Below are positions 37,838-49,162 of a stretch of DNA of 64,000 nt, piece after piece. The stretch is from Candidatus Multivoradales bacterium. GTDB taxonomy: Bacteria > Acidobacteriota > Thermoanaerobaculia > Multivoradales > JAHEKO01. Below the pieces are notes generated by a model, which worked only from the letters and a program-made list of their open reading frames with translations, did not search any database and was not told the origin of the DNA. Each line of letters opens with the position of its first letter. The stretch's first letter is position 1. Both the position numbers and the translations under genes were made by a program. Location of the stretch: the NCBI GenBank assembly GCA_965223855.1, contig CBDCXM010000009.1:448001-512000 (forward strand). Reading direction: 5' to 3'.

Positions 37838-39871
37838 CTACCGGTCGTCTCTCTCGACCGTGTCTCCATCCCGCGCAGAGCCCTCCCCCGCAACCCGGCC
37901 CCGGGTTGTGTCGCGGGCGAAGGACTCTGCGCCTTGGCGGTCGCCGGCCTCGATCCCCGGCACCGCCTCCATCTCGGCCTGGCCCTCGAGAGCCCGCCGA
38001 AACTCTCCCGCTCGCACCGCGGGAGAGAAGTGAAAGCCCTGCAACTCGTCGCATCGCCAGGCTCGCAGCAGCTCCTTCTGGCGCGCGCGCTCGACCCCTT
38101 CGGCGACGACCGTGAGGTCGAGGCTGTGCGCCATCGTCACCATGGCGGAGGCGATGCCGGCGTCGCTGCTGCTGCTCGCCAGGCCCGCCACATAGGAGCG
38201 ATCGATCTTGAGCACGTCGAGCGGAAAGCGCTTCAGGTAGCCGATCGCCGAGTGCCCGGTTCCGAAGTCGTCGACCGAGAGCCGGACGCCGAGCCGCTTC
38301 AACTGATGGAGCTGCTGGAGGACGACACGATCCTGCCGCAGGACCCCCTTCTCGCTCAGCTCCAGTTCGAGCAGCTCCGGCGGGACGCCGGTGTCGCTCA
38401 ACACCTCTTCTACGAGCGCCGCCAGATCCGATCGGCGCAGCTGGCAGGAGGCGATGTTGACCGCCATCCTCACTCGCGGGAGATCCGAAGCGAGCCACTC
38501 GGCGAGCTGACGGCATGCCGTCTCGAGGACCCACTTGCCGATCGCGAGCATCAGATCGGTCCCCTCGGCGGAAGGGAGAAACTCGGCCGGGCGAATGATC
38601 CCGTGCTGCGGATGGCGCCAGCGCAGCAGCGCCTCGGCCGCGACGATGCGCTCCGACTCCGCACAGATGAGCGGCTGGTAGTACAGCTCCAGCTCATCCG
38701 CCTCGAGCGCCTTTCGCAGTCGCTCGTGAATGTCGACCTTGCGCTGCGAGAAGCCCTCCATCGAGCTCTCGTACGAGCGCACCACGCCGCCTCCCTGGCG
38801 CTTGGCCTCCGACATCGCCACCTCGGCGTGCTGAAGCAGGTCCTCGCCGCTCTCGACCCTGCGGCCGGAAAGTGAGATGCCCACCGTTGCCGACAGGTAG
38901 AGGTCGCGGCCGGCCACCTGGAACGGGTCAGCGAGCACCTCCAGCACCTTGCGGGCCGCCTGCAGCACCTCGTGGCGCGACGAGACGTGGGTCAGGAGCA
39001 CTGTGAACTCGTCGCCGCTCAGACGCGCCAGGGCTGCGGTGCCGATGCCCGGAGTGCTCCGCAGGACGAGGTCGGAGCGCTGGACACAGCTCTGCAGCCG
39101 CTCCGCCACCTGGCGCAGGATGCGATCGCCCTCCTCGCGGCCGACCACCTCGTTGATCGCGCGGAAACGGTCGAGGTCCATGTAGAGGACGCCGACCTCG
39201 CACCCGTGCCTCGAGTTGGTCAGCGCGCGATCGATGAGCGCTTCGAAGCGCTTCCGGTTCGGCAGTTCCGTCAGATGATCGACCTGACCGAGGCGACGGA
39301 GCCGCTTCTCCGCCTCCGAGGCCGACCGTTCCGCGAGGTGCCGAGCCTCGCCGGCCTGTTCGACCGCGCGGCGCGCCAACTGCAGCCGAGAGAGATGCTC
39401 GAGCCGGCGACCGATGAGGTTCCAGCTCCACGGCTTGCGGACGACGTCCGTCGAGCCGCACTCGAGCGCACTCTCCGCCTCGGAGGCGCGACTGCACAGC
39501 GTGACCACGGGCAGACCGTCGTCGCCGGCCGCTTCCCGCACCGCCGCCGGCAACGACCTGCCGTCCACCCGGTGAAGACCCTCCGCAAGGACGATGGCCG
39601 GCGCGGTCGAGCCGGCCGCCTCGACCGCTGCGGCACCGTCGGCGACCACGGCCACCTCGAACCCCCAACGACGCAGCCAGCGGCTGCCCCAGCGCACGGT
39701 CGAGGCGCTGCGGCTGACCACCAGAACCGTCGGCCGGCGCTCGTCCGGCGCCGGCGTTGCGCTCTCCTCCTTCGCCGCGACGGCCGGCCCCGCTTCACCC
39801 GGCAGTACCGGTGGAAGCGTGGCAGCTGGCTCCTCGGCGACGAGGCGCAGTGTGGTCTCTCTCCTCTGCAA
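37838..39871 (-). CDS. Degenerate REC-GGDEF-EAL c-di-GMP phosphodiesterase/cyclase
   Basis: SGDEF, YYQP, EALLRW, DDFGTG, KIDRS, AEGVE, LQG; the REC domain lacks the acidic pocket. Confidence 0.93.
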   Translation of the reverse strand: MQRRETTLRLVAEEPAATLPPVLPGEAGPAVAAKEESATPAPDERRPTVLVVSRSASTVRWGSRWLRRWGFEVAVVADGAAAVEAAGSTAPAIVLAEGLHRVDGRSLPAAVREAAGDDGLPVVTLCSRASEAESALECGSTDVVRKPWSWNLIGRRLEHLSRLQLARRAVEQAGEARHLAERSASEAEKRLRRLGQVDHLTELPNRKRFEALIDRALTNSRHGCEVGVLYMDLDRFRAINEVVGREEGDRILRQVAERLQSCVQRSDLVLRSTPGIGTAALARLSGDEFTVLLTHVSSRHEVLQAARKVLEVLADPFQVAGRDLYLSATVGISLSGRRVESGEDLLQHAEVAMSEAKRQGGGVVRSYESSMEGFSQRKVDIHERLRKALEADELELYYQPLICAESERIVAAEALLRWRHPQHGIIRPAEFLPSAEGTDLMLAIGKWVLETACRQLAEWLASDLPRVRMAVNIASCQLRRSDLAALVEEVLSDTGVPPELLELELSEKGVLRQDRVVLQQLHQLKRLGVRLSVDDFGTGHSAIGYLKRFPLDVLKIDRSYVAGLASSSSDAGIASAMVTMAHSLDLTVVAEGVERARQKELLRAWRCDELQGFHFSPAVRAGEFRRALEGQAEMEAVPGIEAGDRQGAESFARDTTRGRVAGEGSARDGDTVERDDR

Positions 39872-39955
39872 CGTCTCTCGACCCGGCCGACCCCCGAGAA
39901 GCGGGCGACCTTCGGACTCGTCGGGACGACGAGATCTGGGTATTCAGCCCTTGAG

Positions 39956-39971
39956 AGCAAGGGACGTACCA
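39956..39971 (-). promoter_or_regulatory. sigma54 (-24/-12) promoter
   Basis: Minus strand TGGTACG-TCCC-TTGCT versus consensus TGGCACG-N4-TTGCW, exact GG-N10-GC spacing, 85 bp upstream of the EAL gene and next to a GAFTGA activator gene. Confidence 0.8.
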
Positions 39972-40055
39972 GGCTCGACCCCCTGTCGGACAGGGTCTAA
40001 ATCTATGTAGAGAGGAGACTTACGGCGTGCCGGGATCGCGTGAGGTCAAGCGGCC

Positions 40056-40072
40056 CGTCCGGATCCCGGACG
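40056..40072. promoter_or_regulatory. Candidate upstream activator site (palindrome)
   Basis: CGTCCGG-ATC-CCGGACG perfect inverted repeat about 85-100 bp upstream of the sigma54 box. Confidence 0.5.
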
Positions 40073-40078
40073 ACGCGT

Positions 40079-41419
<1,341 letters not shown>

Positions 41420-41519
41420 CGTCGATCGGCCCTCGCCCCGGAAGGAGGCGCCCCCGAACCAACCTTCGATCGCGGCATGCTATCCCACACCGCGCCCGCC
41501 GGGACAGGCGACCCGCGGA

Positions 41520-44500
41520 TCAGCGCGAGTAGCGGAATTCGGCGAAAGAGACCCGGAAGAAGAGGGAGTAGAGGACCGGAACGACTCCGAGTGTCAGCAG
41601 GGTGGCGAACACGAGGCCGAACATGATCGCCACCGCCATCGGTTGATACATGACGCCGCCGCCGAGATAGAGCGGGATGAGGCCGCCCAGCGTCGTCATC
41701 GTCGTCAGCAGGATCGGCCGCAGCCGGCGCTGCGCCGACTCGACGATCGCGCGCTGCGGCGACAGACCGTTCTCGCGCTGCTCGATCTCGATCCGGTCGA
41801 GCAGCACGATGGCATTGTTGATGACGATGCCCGCGAGCGACACCACCCCCAGGAGCGTCATGAAGCCGAAGTACGAGCGCATCACCAGCAGACCGAAGAT
41901 CACGCCGATCATCCCCAGCGGGATCGTGATCAGGATGATCGCCGGTCGCCGCAGCGAGTTGAACTGCGCCACCAGCAGCAGGACGATCAGGAGCCCGGCG
42001 ATCGGCAGCTTGGCGCCGATCGAGGCGTTGGCCTCCTCGGAAGCCTCGTCCTCGCCGCCGATCTCGTAGCTGTAACCGAGCGGCCACTCGGCGCGGTCCT
42101 GGTCGAGGAGCGGCACGAGCTGCTGGTTGACGGCGATCGCAGTGAACCCGGGATCGAGATCGGCGGCCACCGTGACCGTCCGCAGCCGGTTGCGCCGCCG
42201 GATGTTCGCCGGCTGCCAGGCGACCTCGAGATCGGCCACCTGCTCGAGCGGGAGGGAGCGCCCGGTCGCCTGCGAGTAGACGTTGAGGCTCGAGAGCTTT
42301 CCGAGGTCGAGCCGGTCGGCCTCGACCGAACGAAGGGTGACCGGGATGATCTTGTCGTCCTCCCGGTACTCGGTGGTCGTGATGCCCGAGAGCACGGTCT
42401 GGAGCGACAGCGCGATGTCCTGGTTGCTCACCCCTGCACGCTGTGCCCTCGCTTCGTCGACCCGCACCAGGAGCTTCTTCGAGCGCGCCCCCCAGTCGTC
42501 GGCGAGGTTGCGGGGGCCATCCACTTCACCGAGACGACGCTTGACCTGATCGACGAGCCGGAAGACGACGTCGCTGTCCGGCCCGGAGACCCGCACCTCG
42601 ATCGGATCACCCGCCGGAGGCCCCAGCGGCAGAGGGTCGATCTGCGCCTTGAGACCCGGGAAGCGACGCGCGAACACCCGCAGTGTCTCGACCGCCTCGT
42701 CGATGTAGGGGCGTGTCGTCGCGTTGGCGACGATGATCGCGTACTCCGGGCTCGCCTGCTCGGGGCCGTAGGAGAGGAAGAAGCGCGGCGCCCCCTCGCC
42801 GACGAAGGTCGCCCAATCGGTGAGCCCGACGGCGCCGGCGGCCGCCTCGTCAGGCGTCACCAGCAACTCCTCCCTCATGAAGGCCTCGAACTCGGCGGTC
42901 AGCTCCGAAGTCCTGGCGAGCGGCGTGCCGGTCGGGAGCCGAAGCTCGGCGATCAGGCTCGCCCGTTCGTTGGGCGGGAAGAAGATCGCAGGCACGAAGG
43001 CGAAGAGCTGCATCGAACCGAAGAACACCAGCGCCACGATCGCCACGGTCTTCCACGGGTTGCGCAACGCCAGTTGGAGCAGCCCGCGGTAGCGACGGTA
43101 GAAGGTGGAGTCGTAGCTCTCGCCCTCCTGCTTCTTCACCTTGAGGAAGAGCACGCACAGGAGCGGGATCATCGTGATCGCCAGCAGCCACGAGCACAGG
43201 AGCGTGATCGTCACCACCTGGAAGAGCGCCGCCGTGTACTCGCCGACCGCCGATTCGGCCAGGTAGATCGGCAGGAAGGCTGCGGCGGTCGTCAGCGACG
43301 ACACCAGCAGCGGCAGCTTGAGCTCCGCCGCCGACGCGATCGCCGCCTCCTTGACGCTCTTGCCCTCCCCGGTCGAGACCAGGATCGACTCGGACATCAC
43401 GATCGCGTTGTCGACCAGCAGACCGAGCGCGATGATCAGTGCCGCCAGCGACATCGAGTTGATGCCGACGTCGAACAGCGACATGAAGTTGAAGCTCATG
43501 ACGATCGCCATCGGGATGAGACTCGCCACCACCAGCCCGGTGCGCAGTCCCAGGCTCACCAGCATCACCAGCATGACGATGCCGACCGCCTGCAGCAGGT
43601 TGCCGACGAAGTCGTCGACCCGCTTCGCCACCTCGCCGGCCTGGAACTGCGTGAACTCGAACTCGATGCCGTGCGGGTAGGAGTTGCGGGCACGCTCGAT
43701 CGCCGCCTCGACCTTCTCGCCCAGCACGAGGATGTTGCCCCCTTCGCGCAGCGACACCGCGAGCGCCAGCCCGGGCACACCGCTGGCGCGCATCAGACGC
43801 TCCGGAGGGTCGATGTATCCGCGGGTCACCGTGGCGACGTCCTCGAGGTAGACCAGCTCGCCGCTGCCCGGAAGCCGGAGGATGGTCCGCGCCAGATCCT
43901 CCACCGACTCGAAATTGCCCGACGGTTCCAGCACGATCACCTCGTCGTTCGTGCGTACCTCGCCGCCCGGGTTGATGATGTTGCGGCTCTCGAGCACCCC
44001 GGAGAGCTGTCCCGGCGAGAGTCCCAGTTCCGCCAGCCTGGCGTTGTTGAACTCGACGAACACCCGCTCGTCCTGGGTACCGTGCACCGCCACCTTGGCG
44101 ACCTCGTCGATCAGCAGCAGGTCGTCGCGCACCGCCTCGGCGACGTCCTCGAGCTCGGCGTAGGTGTAGCCGTCGCCGGTCAGGTTGACGACGGTGCCGA
44201 AGACGTCGCCGAACTCGTCGTTGACGTTCGGGCCGATCACGCCGTCCGGCAGCTCCCCCGACGCCCTCTGCACCTTGCGCCGCAGGTCGTCCCAGATCGG
44301 GCGCATCTCCGTGTAGCGCTCCTGGATGTCGACCAGCACCACGGAGACGCCGTTCTTGGATTGGCTCGAGATCGTGTCGACCTCCGGCATCTCCTGAATC
44401 GCCTTTTCCAGCTTGTCGGTGACGAGCTGCTCGACCCGCTCCGGGCTGGCGCCGGGGAAGTAGGTGAGGATCATCGCGGTGCGGATCGTGAAGCCGGGAT

Positions 44501-44609
44501 CCTCCGCCCGCGGCATGCCGAGATACGCCTGCAGTCCCGCGACGACGATCACGCCGAGCAGCACGAGGCTGACCCGGTTCTGCTCGATCGCCGTGCGGGT
44601 GAGATTCAA
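41520..44609 (-). CDS. RND efflux permease (AcrB/AcrD/AcrF family)
   Basis: PGASPE.VE..VT..LE, ALGLLVDNAIV, GIVINNAIVL, RLRPILLT; 1029 aa. Confidence 0.96.
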   Translation of the reverse strand: MNLTRTAIEQNRVSLVLLGVIVVAGLQAYLGMPRAEDPGFTIRTAMILTYFPGASPERVEQLVTDKLEKAIQEMPEVDTISSQSKNGVSVVLVDIQERYTEMRPIWDDLRRKVQRASGELPDGVIGPNVNDEFGDVFGTVVNLTGDGYTYAELEDVAEAVRDDLLLIDEVAKVAVHGTQDERVFVEFNNARLAELGLSPGQLSGVLESRNIINPGGEVRTNDEVIVLEPSGNFESVEDLARTILRLPGSGELVYLEDVATVTRGYIDPPERLMRASGVPGLALAVSLREGGNILVLGEKVEAAIERARNSYPHGIEFEFTQFQAGEVAKRVDDFVGNLLQAVGIVMLVMLVSLGLRTGLVVASLIPMAIVMSFNFMSLFDVGINSMSLAALIIALGLLVDNAIVMSESILVSTGEGKSVKEAAIASAAELKLPLLVSSLTTAAAFLPIYLAESAVGEYTAALFQVVTITLLCSWLLAITMIPLLCVLFLKVKKQEGESYDSTFYRRYRGLLQLALRNPWKTVAIVALVFFGSMQLFAFVPAIFFPPNERASLIAELRLPTGTPLARTSELTAEFEAFMREELLVTPDEAAAGAVGLTDWATFVGEGAPRFFLSYGPEQASPEYAIIVANATTRPYIDEAVETLRVFARRFPGLKAQIDPLPLGPPAGDPIEVRVSGPDSDVVFRLVDQVKRRLGEVDGPRNLADDWGARSKKLLVRVDEARAQRAGVSNQDIALSLQTVLSGITTTEYREDDKIIPVTLRSVEADRLDLGKLSSLNVYSQATGRSLPLEQVADLEVAWQPANIRRRNRLRTVTVAADLDPGFTAIAVNQQLVPLLDQDRAEWPLGYSYEIGGEDEASEEANASIGAKLPIAGLLIVLLLVAQFNSLRRPAIILITIPLGMIGVIFGLLVMRSYFGFMTLLGVVSLAGIVINNAIVLLDRIEIEQRENGLSPQRAIVESAQRRLRPILLTTMTTLGGLIPLYLGGGVMYQPMAVAIMFGLVFATLLTLGVVPVLYSLFFRVSFAEFRYSR

Positions 44610-45697
44610 GGGGCCGTCTCCGCCGCCACCCGCTCGCCGTCCGAGAGGCGGCGCACGCCGGCCGTGACGACGCGATCGCCGATGTGCACTCCGTCGAGAA
44701 CCTCGATCCCGCGATCGGAGAGCCCGCCGACCGCAACGGCGCGACGGCGCACGATCCCCGCCCCCTCACCGTCTTCGACAAGTACGAAGACGTAGGTGCC
44801 CTCGCGATCCTCGCCGACCGCGACTGCCGGAATCACGAGCCGATCGGCGCCGGCGCTGGGAGCGAAGCGGAAGCCGACCTCCGCCGCCATGCCGGAGCGG
44901 ATGTCCGGGTCGGCACTCGCCAGCCGTACGACGACCGGGAACGTCGTCGCCGTGCCGACGGCGGCCGCACCCGCCTCGCTGACGGTGGCATCGAAGCTGC
45001 GACCCGGCAGCGCGGGGAAGCTCACCGAGACCTGCTGGCCGAGCTCGATGGAAGCGATCAACTGCTCCGGCAGCGATACCTCGACTTCGGCACTACCGCC
45101 GGAAGTCAGCAGGAATGCCATCTGGCCGGCCTGCACCGCCTCGTTGACCTCGATGTTGCTCGACGCCACCGTGCCCGCCTCGGGCGAGCGCAGCCGCGTG
45201 TAGGAGAGCTGCTGACGCGCCTGCTCGAGCCGCTTGGCGGCGGCGTCGACCTGGGCGCTCGAGGATTCCGAGCCGGCGCGCGCGGCGTCGAGCTCGCGGC
45301 GCGACGCGTTGTTGTTCTCGTAAAGGGCGCGTACCCTATCGTAGTCGGCTTCGGCGTTGCGCGAGGCCGCTTCGGCCTGCGCGAGGCCGGCGACCGCCTC
45401 CTGGACCCGGAGCTCGTAGTCGGTCGTGTCGAGCGCCGCCAGCACCGCGCCGCGCTCGACCTTCTGACCGACGACCACCGGGATGCGCTCGACCGTTCCC
45501 GCGACCCGGAAGCTCAGGCGCGATTCGGTGCCGGCCTTGGCCAGGCCGGCGAACGTTCGCACCTGCGCCTCGGCGCTGGAGCTGACCGTGACGGTACGCA
45601 CCGGCCGCAGCACCGTTTCTGCCGGCGGCGGCTCGGAGCAGCCGAACACCATCGCGGCGGCGCCGGCGATACAGAACCCGCGGACTGGAACTCTCAT
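44606..45697 (-). CDS. RND periplasmic adaptor (membrane fusion protein)
   Basis: ATG 45697, lipobox-like FGC, RPVRT, LSFRVAG, G..V..G..LA.LD lipoyl halves, L.SP..G. Confidence 0.92.
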   Translation of the reverse strand: MRVPVRGFCIAGAAAMVFGCSEPPPAETVLRPVRTVTVSSSAEAQVRTFAGLAKAGTESRLSFRVAGTVERIPVVVGQKVERGAVLAALDTTDYELRVQEAVAGLAQAEAASRNAEADYDRVRALYENNNASRRELDAARAGSESSSAQVDAAAKRLEQARQQLSYTRLRSPEAGTVASSNIEVNEAVQAGQMAFLLTSGGSAEVEVSLPEQLIASIELGQQVSVSFPALPGRSFDATVSEAGAAAVGTATTFPVVVRLASADPDIRSGMAAEVGFRFAPSAGADRLVIPAVAVGEDREGTYVFVLVEDGEGAGIVRRRAVAVGGLSDRGIEVLDGVHIGDRVVTAGVRRLSDGERVAAETAP

Positions 45698-48180
45698 CGT
45701 CGATCTCCGTTCTCGAGGGCGCCCTCTTGCGCCAGGAACTCCTGGAGCCTCCTCATGAAATCCGCCCGTTCCGATGGGTCGGCGGCCGGTTCGATCGCAC
45801 TCGCCGCTCGCTTCGCCTCGAGGAAGTCGAGCAGAAAATCGTAGCGGGCGTCGGAGGCGACCTCCTCGGCATTGAGGGCGGCGGTCTGGGCGTCGAGCAG
45901 GTCGAGCAGCGCCGCCGCCCCGCGGACGTAGGCATCCACCACCAGGTCGAGGTTCTCGCGAGCCGCATCGGCCGCCTGGTCGGCGAGCTCCATTCCGAGC
46001 CTCGACGCACGCGCCTGCTCGAGCGCGATGAGGATCCCCTGCTCGATCTTCTCCGCCAGCGAGGTCCTCAGGAGGCCGAGACGCTCGAGCTCGACCGCCG
46101 CCTGGCGCTGGACGGCGCCGCGGGCGCCACCGGTGAAGAGCGGCAGCGAGGAGAACAGCCCGAGGCTCCAGTTGGTGTCGTCGGTGCGCACCATGTCGGC
46201 GCCCGCCCCGGAGCGCGAGACGATCTCCTCGAGCGACCCCTGGAGCGAGAAGCTCGGCGCCCACGCACCGAGCCGGGCGGCACGCTCGAAGCGCTGCTGT
46301 GCGCGGACGGAGGCATCGACCGCGGCCAGCGCCGGCGAGCGCTCAAGCCCTTCGCCGACGACGAACCGGGTGAAGGCGCGGTAGCCGCGTGGAGTGCCGA
46401 CATAGGTCTCGAACTCGTCGGTGCCCGCCATCACCCGGCTCGCTCCGGTGTCGATCTCGCTCACCACGATGGGAGCGTCGAGATCGCGATGCAGCAGCCG
46501 GTTGAGAGCGATCTCGGCAGTGCGCCGGGAAGCGACCGCCGAGACCAGCGACTGCCGGGCGCTGGCGATCTCGCTCTCCCAGCGGACCACCTCTCCGGCC
46601 GCCGCCGCACCGACCTCGCGTCGCACCTGCGCCACCTCGAGATTCGAGCGGGTGCGATCGACGTTGTTGCGCTGAATGCGCTCGAAGGCCCGTGCCCGCA
46701 GCAGGTTGAGATAGGCGGAGCCCGCCTCGAGGGCGGTGTCGAGCCGTGCGTTCTGAAGCTCGTGTTCGCGGCTCGCCAGCAGCTCACGCTGGATCGCCCG
46801 GTTGGCGACGACGGTCGGTGAAAACAGCAGGTGCGAGAAGCCCAGGCCGACCGAGGTCGAACGCTCGGGTTGATTGCCGAAGCTCTCGGCCGCCCGGTCG
46901 CGATCGACCTGGTTCGTCCCGGCCGTCAGATCGAGCTGGGGCAGCAGGTCGGCCACCGCCAGCCTGACGTCCTCGACGCTCGCCTCGAGCGACCGGCGCT
47001 CCGCGGCGAGATCGACGTTCGACTGGAGCGCCTCGCTGACCGCCTGGTCGAAGTCGAGCCGGTACGACCCTTCGAGCGGTTCGGCATGGAGCAGCTCGGC
47101 CTCGATCAGCACCTCCCAGCGCGGCGAGACGTCGATCGCCCGCGCCGTCGCCATGTTGATCACCAGCCGCTCGCGGACGCTGAAATCGACCGGGATCTCG
47201 CCCGGTTCCTCGCCGAGCAGTATGCGCTGGACGTTGAGAGCGATCCGGCGGGAGAGCTTGGGGAAGAACTCCGGCGTACCGGTGGTGGCGAGCATCCCCG
47301 CCTCGACATCCCCCCCGCCGAGCCCCGAGAAGCTCGGCAACCCGCGGTCGATGAAACCGTCGATCAGGCGTCGGTACTCGCCCGGGCCGAACTGGAAGAG
47401 CGGCCACACATAGACCGCGTCGATGTCGGCCGGCAGCGCCGCCAGAACCTCCTCGGCCGACTCCCGCGCCGGCACGTACTCGAAGTCGATCCCGGTCCCC
47501 TCGAGGCTCTGGCTCGTGTTCTGCTCGATCTCCGGAATCGCCTCGAGCAGGGCCGCCGACGAGACGACCGCCAGCTTGCGGAACGGGACGATGTCGCGGA
47601 AGGTCTCGACCTCCTGAACGATCGTGTCCGGCAAGGCCACGTAGGAGAGGTTCTTCACCCCGCTGGCGCCGTTGACCCGGCTGAGCCCCTGGAGGTCGGC
47701 ATCGAGGATCACCGGTGCGATCACCGGCTTCGGCAGCTCGCCGAAGCAGCAGACCAGGTGCGACCCGATCAGCCCCCAGGTGATGACGAGATCGACCTCA
47801 GGATCGGCCAGCAGCTCGCGCAGATTGCGCTGCGCCGTCTCGAGGGTCCAGTCGCCGATCCGGTGGGCGTCGGGCGGAAACTCGATCTCGAACTCTCCCT
47901 CCGTCAGCGCCCCGATCTCGTTCGCGGTCAGCGCCTGAAGAGTGTCGTTGAACGCCCAGGGACCGTCGACGACGACGCCAATCGACACCGGCCCCTTCAC
48001 CGCGGAGGCCGCGCCGGCGGTGGGCGGCGCGAGTGCCCATGACAGAAGCGCGATCGCCAGAATGGCGATGCCCGGGGAAACCAGGCGAACCGACGCGTGT
48101 CGCGCCTCGGGCGCCCGCGATGTGCGTTCCAGGGTCATCTTCGACCGGGGGATGATGAGAGAGCTACGGATCGACGACAC
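45694..48180 (-). CDS. TolC family outer membrane protein with N-terminal ABC substrate-binding-like domain
   Basis: C-terminal two OEP repeats (LLPQLDL, AYLNLL, LPLFTGG, LLDLLDAQ); N-terminal ~320 aa ending RILLGE.PG.IPV..LVINM.TA.AI; start uncertain (48180 or 48138). Confidence 0.85.
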   Translation of the reverse strand: MSSIRSSLIIPRSKMTLERTSRAPEARHASVRLVSPGIAILAIALLSWALAPPTAGAASAVKGPVSIGVVVDGPWAFNDTLQALTANEIGALTEGEFEIEFPPDAHRIGDWTLETAQRNLRELLADPEVDLVITWGLIGSHLVCCFGELPKPVIAPVILDADLQGLSRVNGASGVKNLSYVALPDTIVQEVETFRDIVPFRKLAVVSSAALLEAIPEIEQNTSQSLEGTGIDFEYVPARESAEEVLAALPADIDAVYVWPLFQFGPGEYRRLIDGFIDRGLPSFSGLGGGDVEAGMLATTGTPEFFPKLSRRIALNVQRILLGEEPGEIPVDFSVRERLVINMATARAIDVSPRWEVLIEAELLHAEPLEGSYRLDFDQAVSEALQSNVDLAAERRSLEASVEDVRLAVADLLPQLDLTAGTNQVDRDRAAESFGNQPERSTSVGLGFSHLLFSPTVVANRAIQRELLASREHELQNARLDTALEAGSAYLNLLRARAFERIQRNNVDRTRSNLEVAQVRREVGAAAAGEVVRWESEIASARQSLVSAVASRRTAEIALNRLLHRDLDAPIVVSEIDTGASRVMAGTDEFETYVGTPRGYRAFTRFVVGEGLERSPALAAVDASVRAQQRFERAARLGAWAPSFSLQGSLEEIVSRSGAGADMVRTDDTNWSLGLFSSLPLFTGGARGAVQRQAAVELERLGLLRTSLAEKIEQGILIALEQARASRLGMELADQAADAARENLDLVVDAYVRGAAALLDLLDAQTAALNAEEVASDARYDFLLDFLEAKRAASAIEPAADPSERADFMRRLQEFLAQEGALENGDRR

Positions 48181-48184
48181 GCTA

Positions 48185-49162
48185 TCACCGCAGCCCGCGC
48201 TTCGACATCAGCAGCCAGAGGAAGAACGGCCCGCCCAGGAGCGCCGTGACCACACCGACCGGCAGCTCGGCCGGCGCCATGATGCGGCGGCCGACCAGAT
48301 CGCACAGCGCGAGGAAGGCGCCGCCCCCGAGGAAACAGGCGGGCAGCAGCACCAGGTGGTCGTGGCCGAGGAAGCGTCGCAGGATGTGCGGCACGATCAG
48401 GCCGACGAAGCCGATCGGGCCGGCGACGGCGACGAGCGCTCCGATCATCGCCGAAGCGCCGGCGAGCACCGAGCGACGCAGTCGATGCAGATCGACACCA
48501 CGGCTGGCCGCCACCTCTTCTCCCGTCAGCAGCAGGTCGAGATCCCAGCGCAGCCGCAGCAGCACCAGCACCCCGACCACCACCCAGGGCAGCAGCCAGA
48601 ACACCTCTCGGTAGCCGACCACCGCCAGCCCCCCCATCATCCAGCGCACCATGCGGAACGTCTCGGTGAAATCGGAGCGGTACTGCAGGAACAGGATCAG
48701 CGCCGAGCAGGAGAGCGAGACCGCGATCCCCGACAGCAGGAGTGTCGAGGTCGTGAAGCTGCGGCGCGTCGCCAGGCCGAGGATGAGGATCGACACCGCC
48801 GCGGCGCCGACGAAGCTCGCCAGCCCGGTCAGCGGCACCGCGGCGAGCGTGCCGACCCCGATCTGGATCGCCACCACGGCGCCGAGCGCGGCACCAGAGG
48901 CGACACCGAGCGTGTACGGCTCGGCGAGCGAGTTGCGAAACAGGGTTTGAAAGGCGAGCCCGGCGGTTGCCAGCGCGCCGCCGGCCAGCAGTGCCAGCAG
49001 CACTCGCGGCAGGCGGATATGCCAGAAGACGAGATGGCCGGTCGTCCTCGGCTCGAAGAGCTCGCGCCACTGGAGCGTGTGCTCGCCCAGCCACGGAGCG
49101 AGCGCGAGCACCGCCAGCCACCCGGCGGCGAGAGCGACGAGACCGGTCGTCGCGCGACTCAC
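48185..49162 (-). CDS. btuC: Cobalamin/iron-chelate ABC permease (FecCD family)
   Basis: IRLPR, FQTLFRNSLAEP..LGV.SGA, GPIGFVGLIVPH, ELPVG..TALLG.PFF; downstream of B12 riboswitch. Confidence 0.85.
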   Translation of the reverse strand: MSRATTGLVALAAGWLAVLALAPWLGEHTLQWRELFEPRTTGHLVFWHIRLPRVLLALLAGGALATAGLAFQTLFRNSLAEPYTLGVASGAALGAVVAIQIGVGTLAAVPLTGLASFVGAAAVSILILGLATRRSFTTSTLLLSGIAVSLSCSALILFLQYRSDFTETFRMVRWMMGGLAVVGYREVFWLLPWVVVGVLVLLRLRWDLDLLLTGEEVAASRGVDLHRLRRSVLAGASAMIGALVAVAGPIGFVGLIVPHILRRFLGHDHLVLLPACFLGGGAFLALCDLVGRRIMAPAELPVGVVTALLGGPFFLWLLMSKRGLR

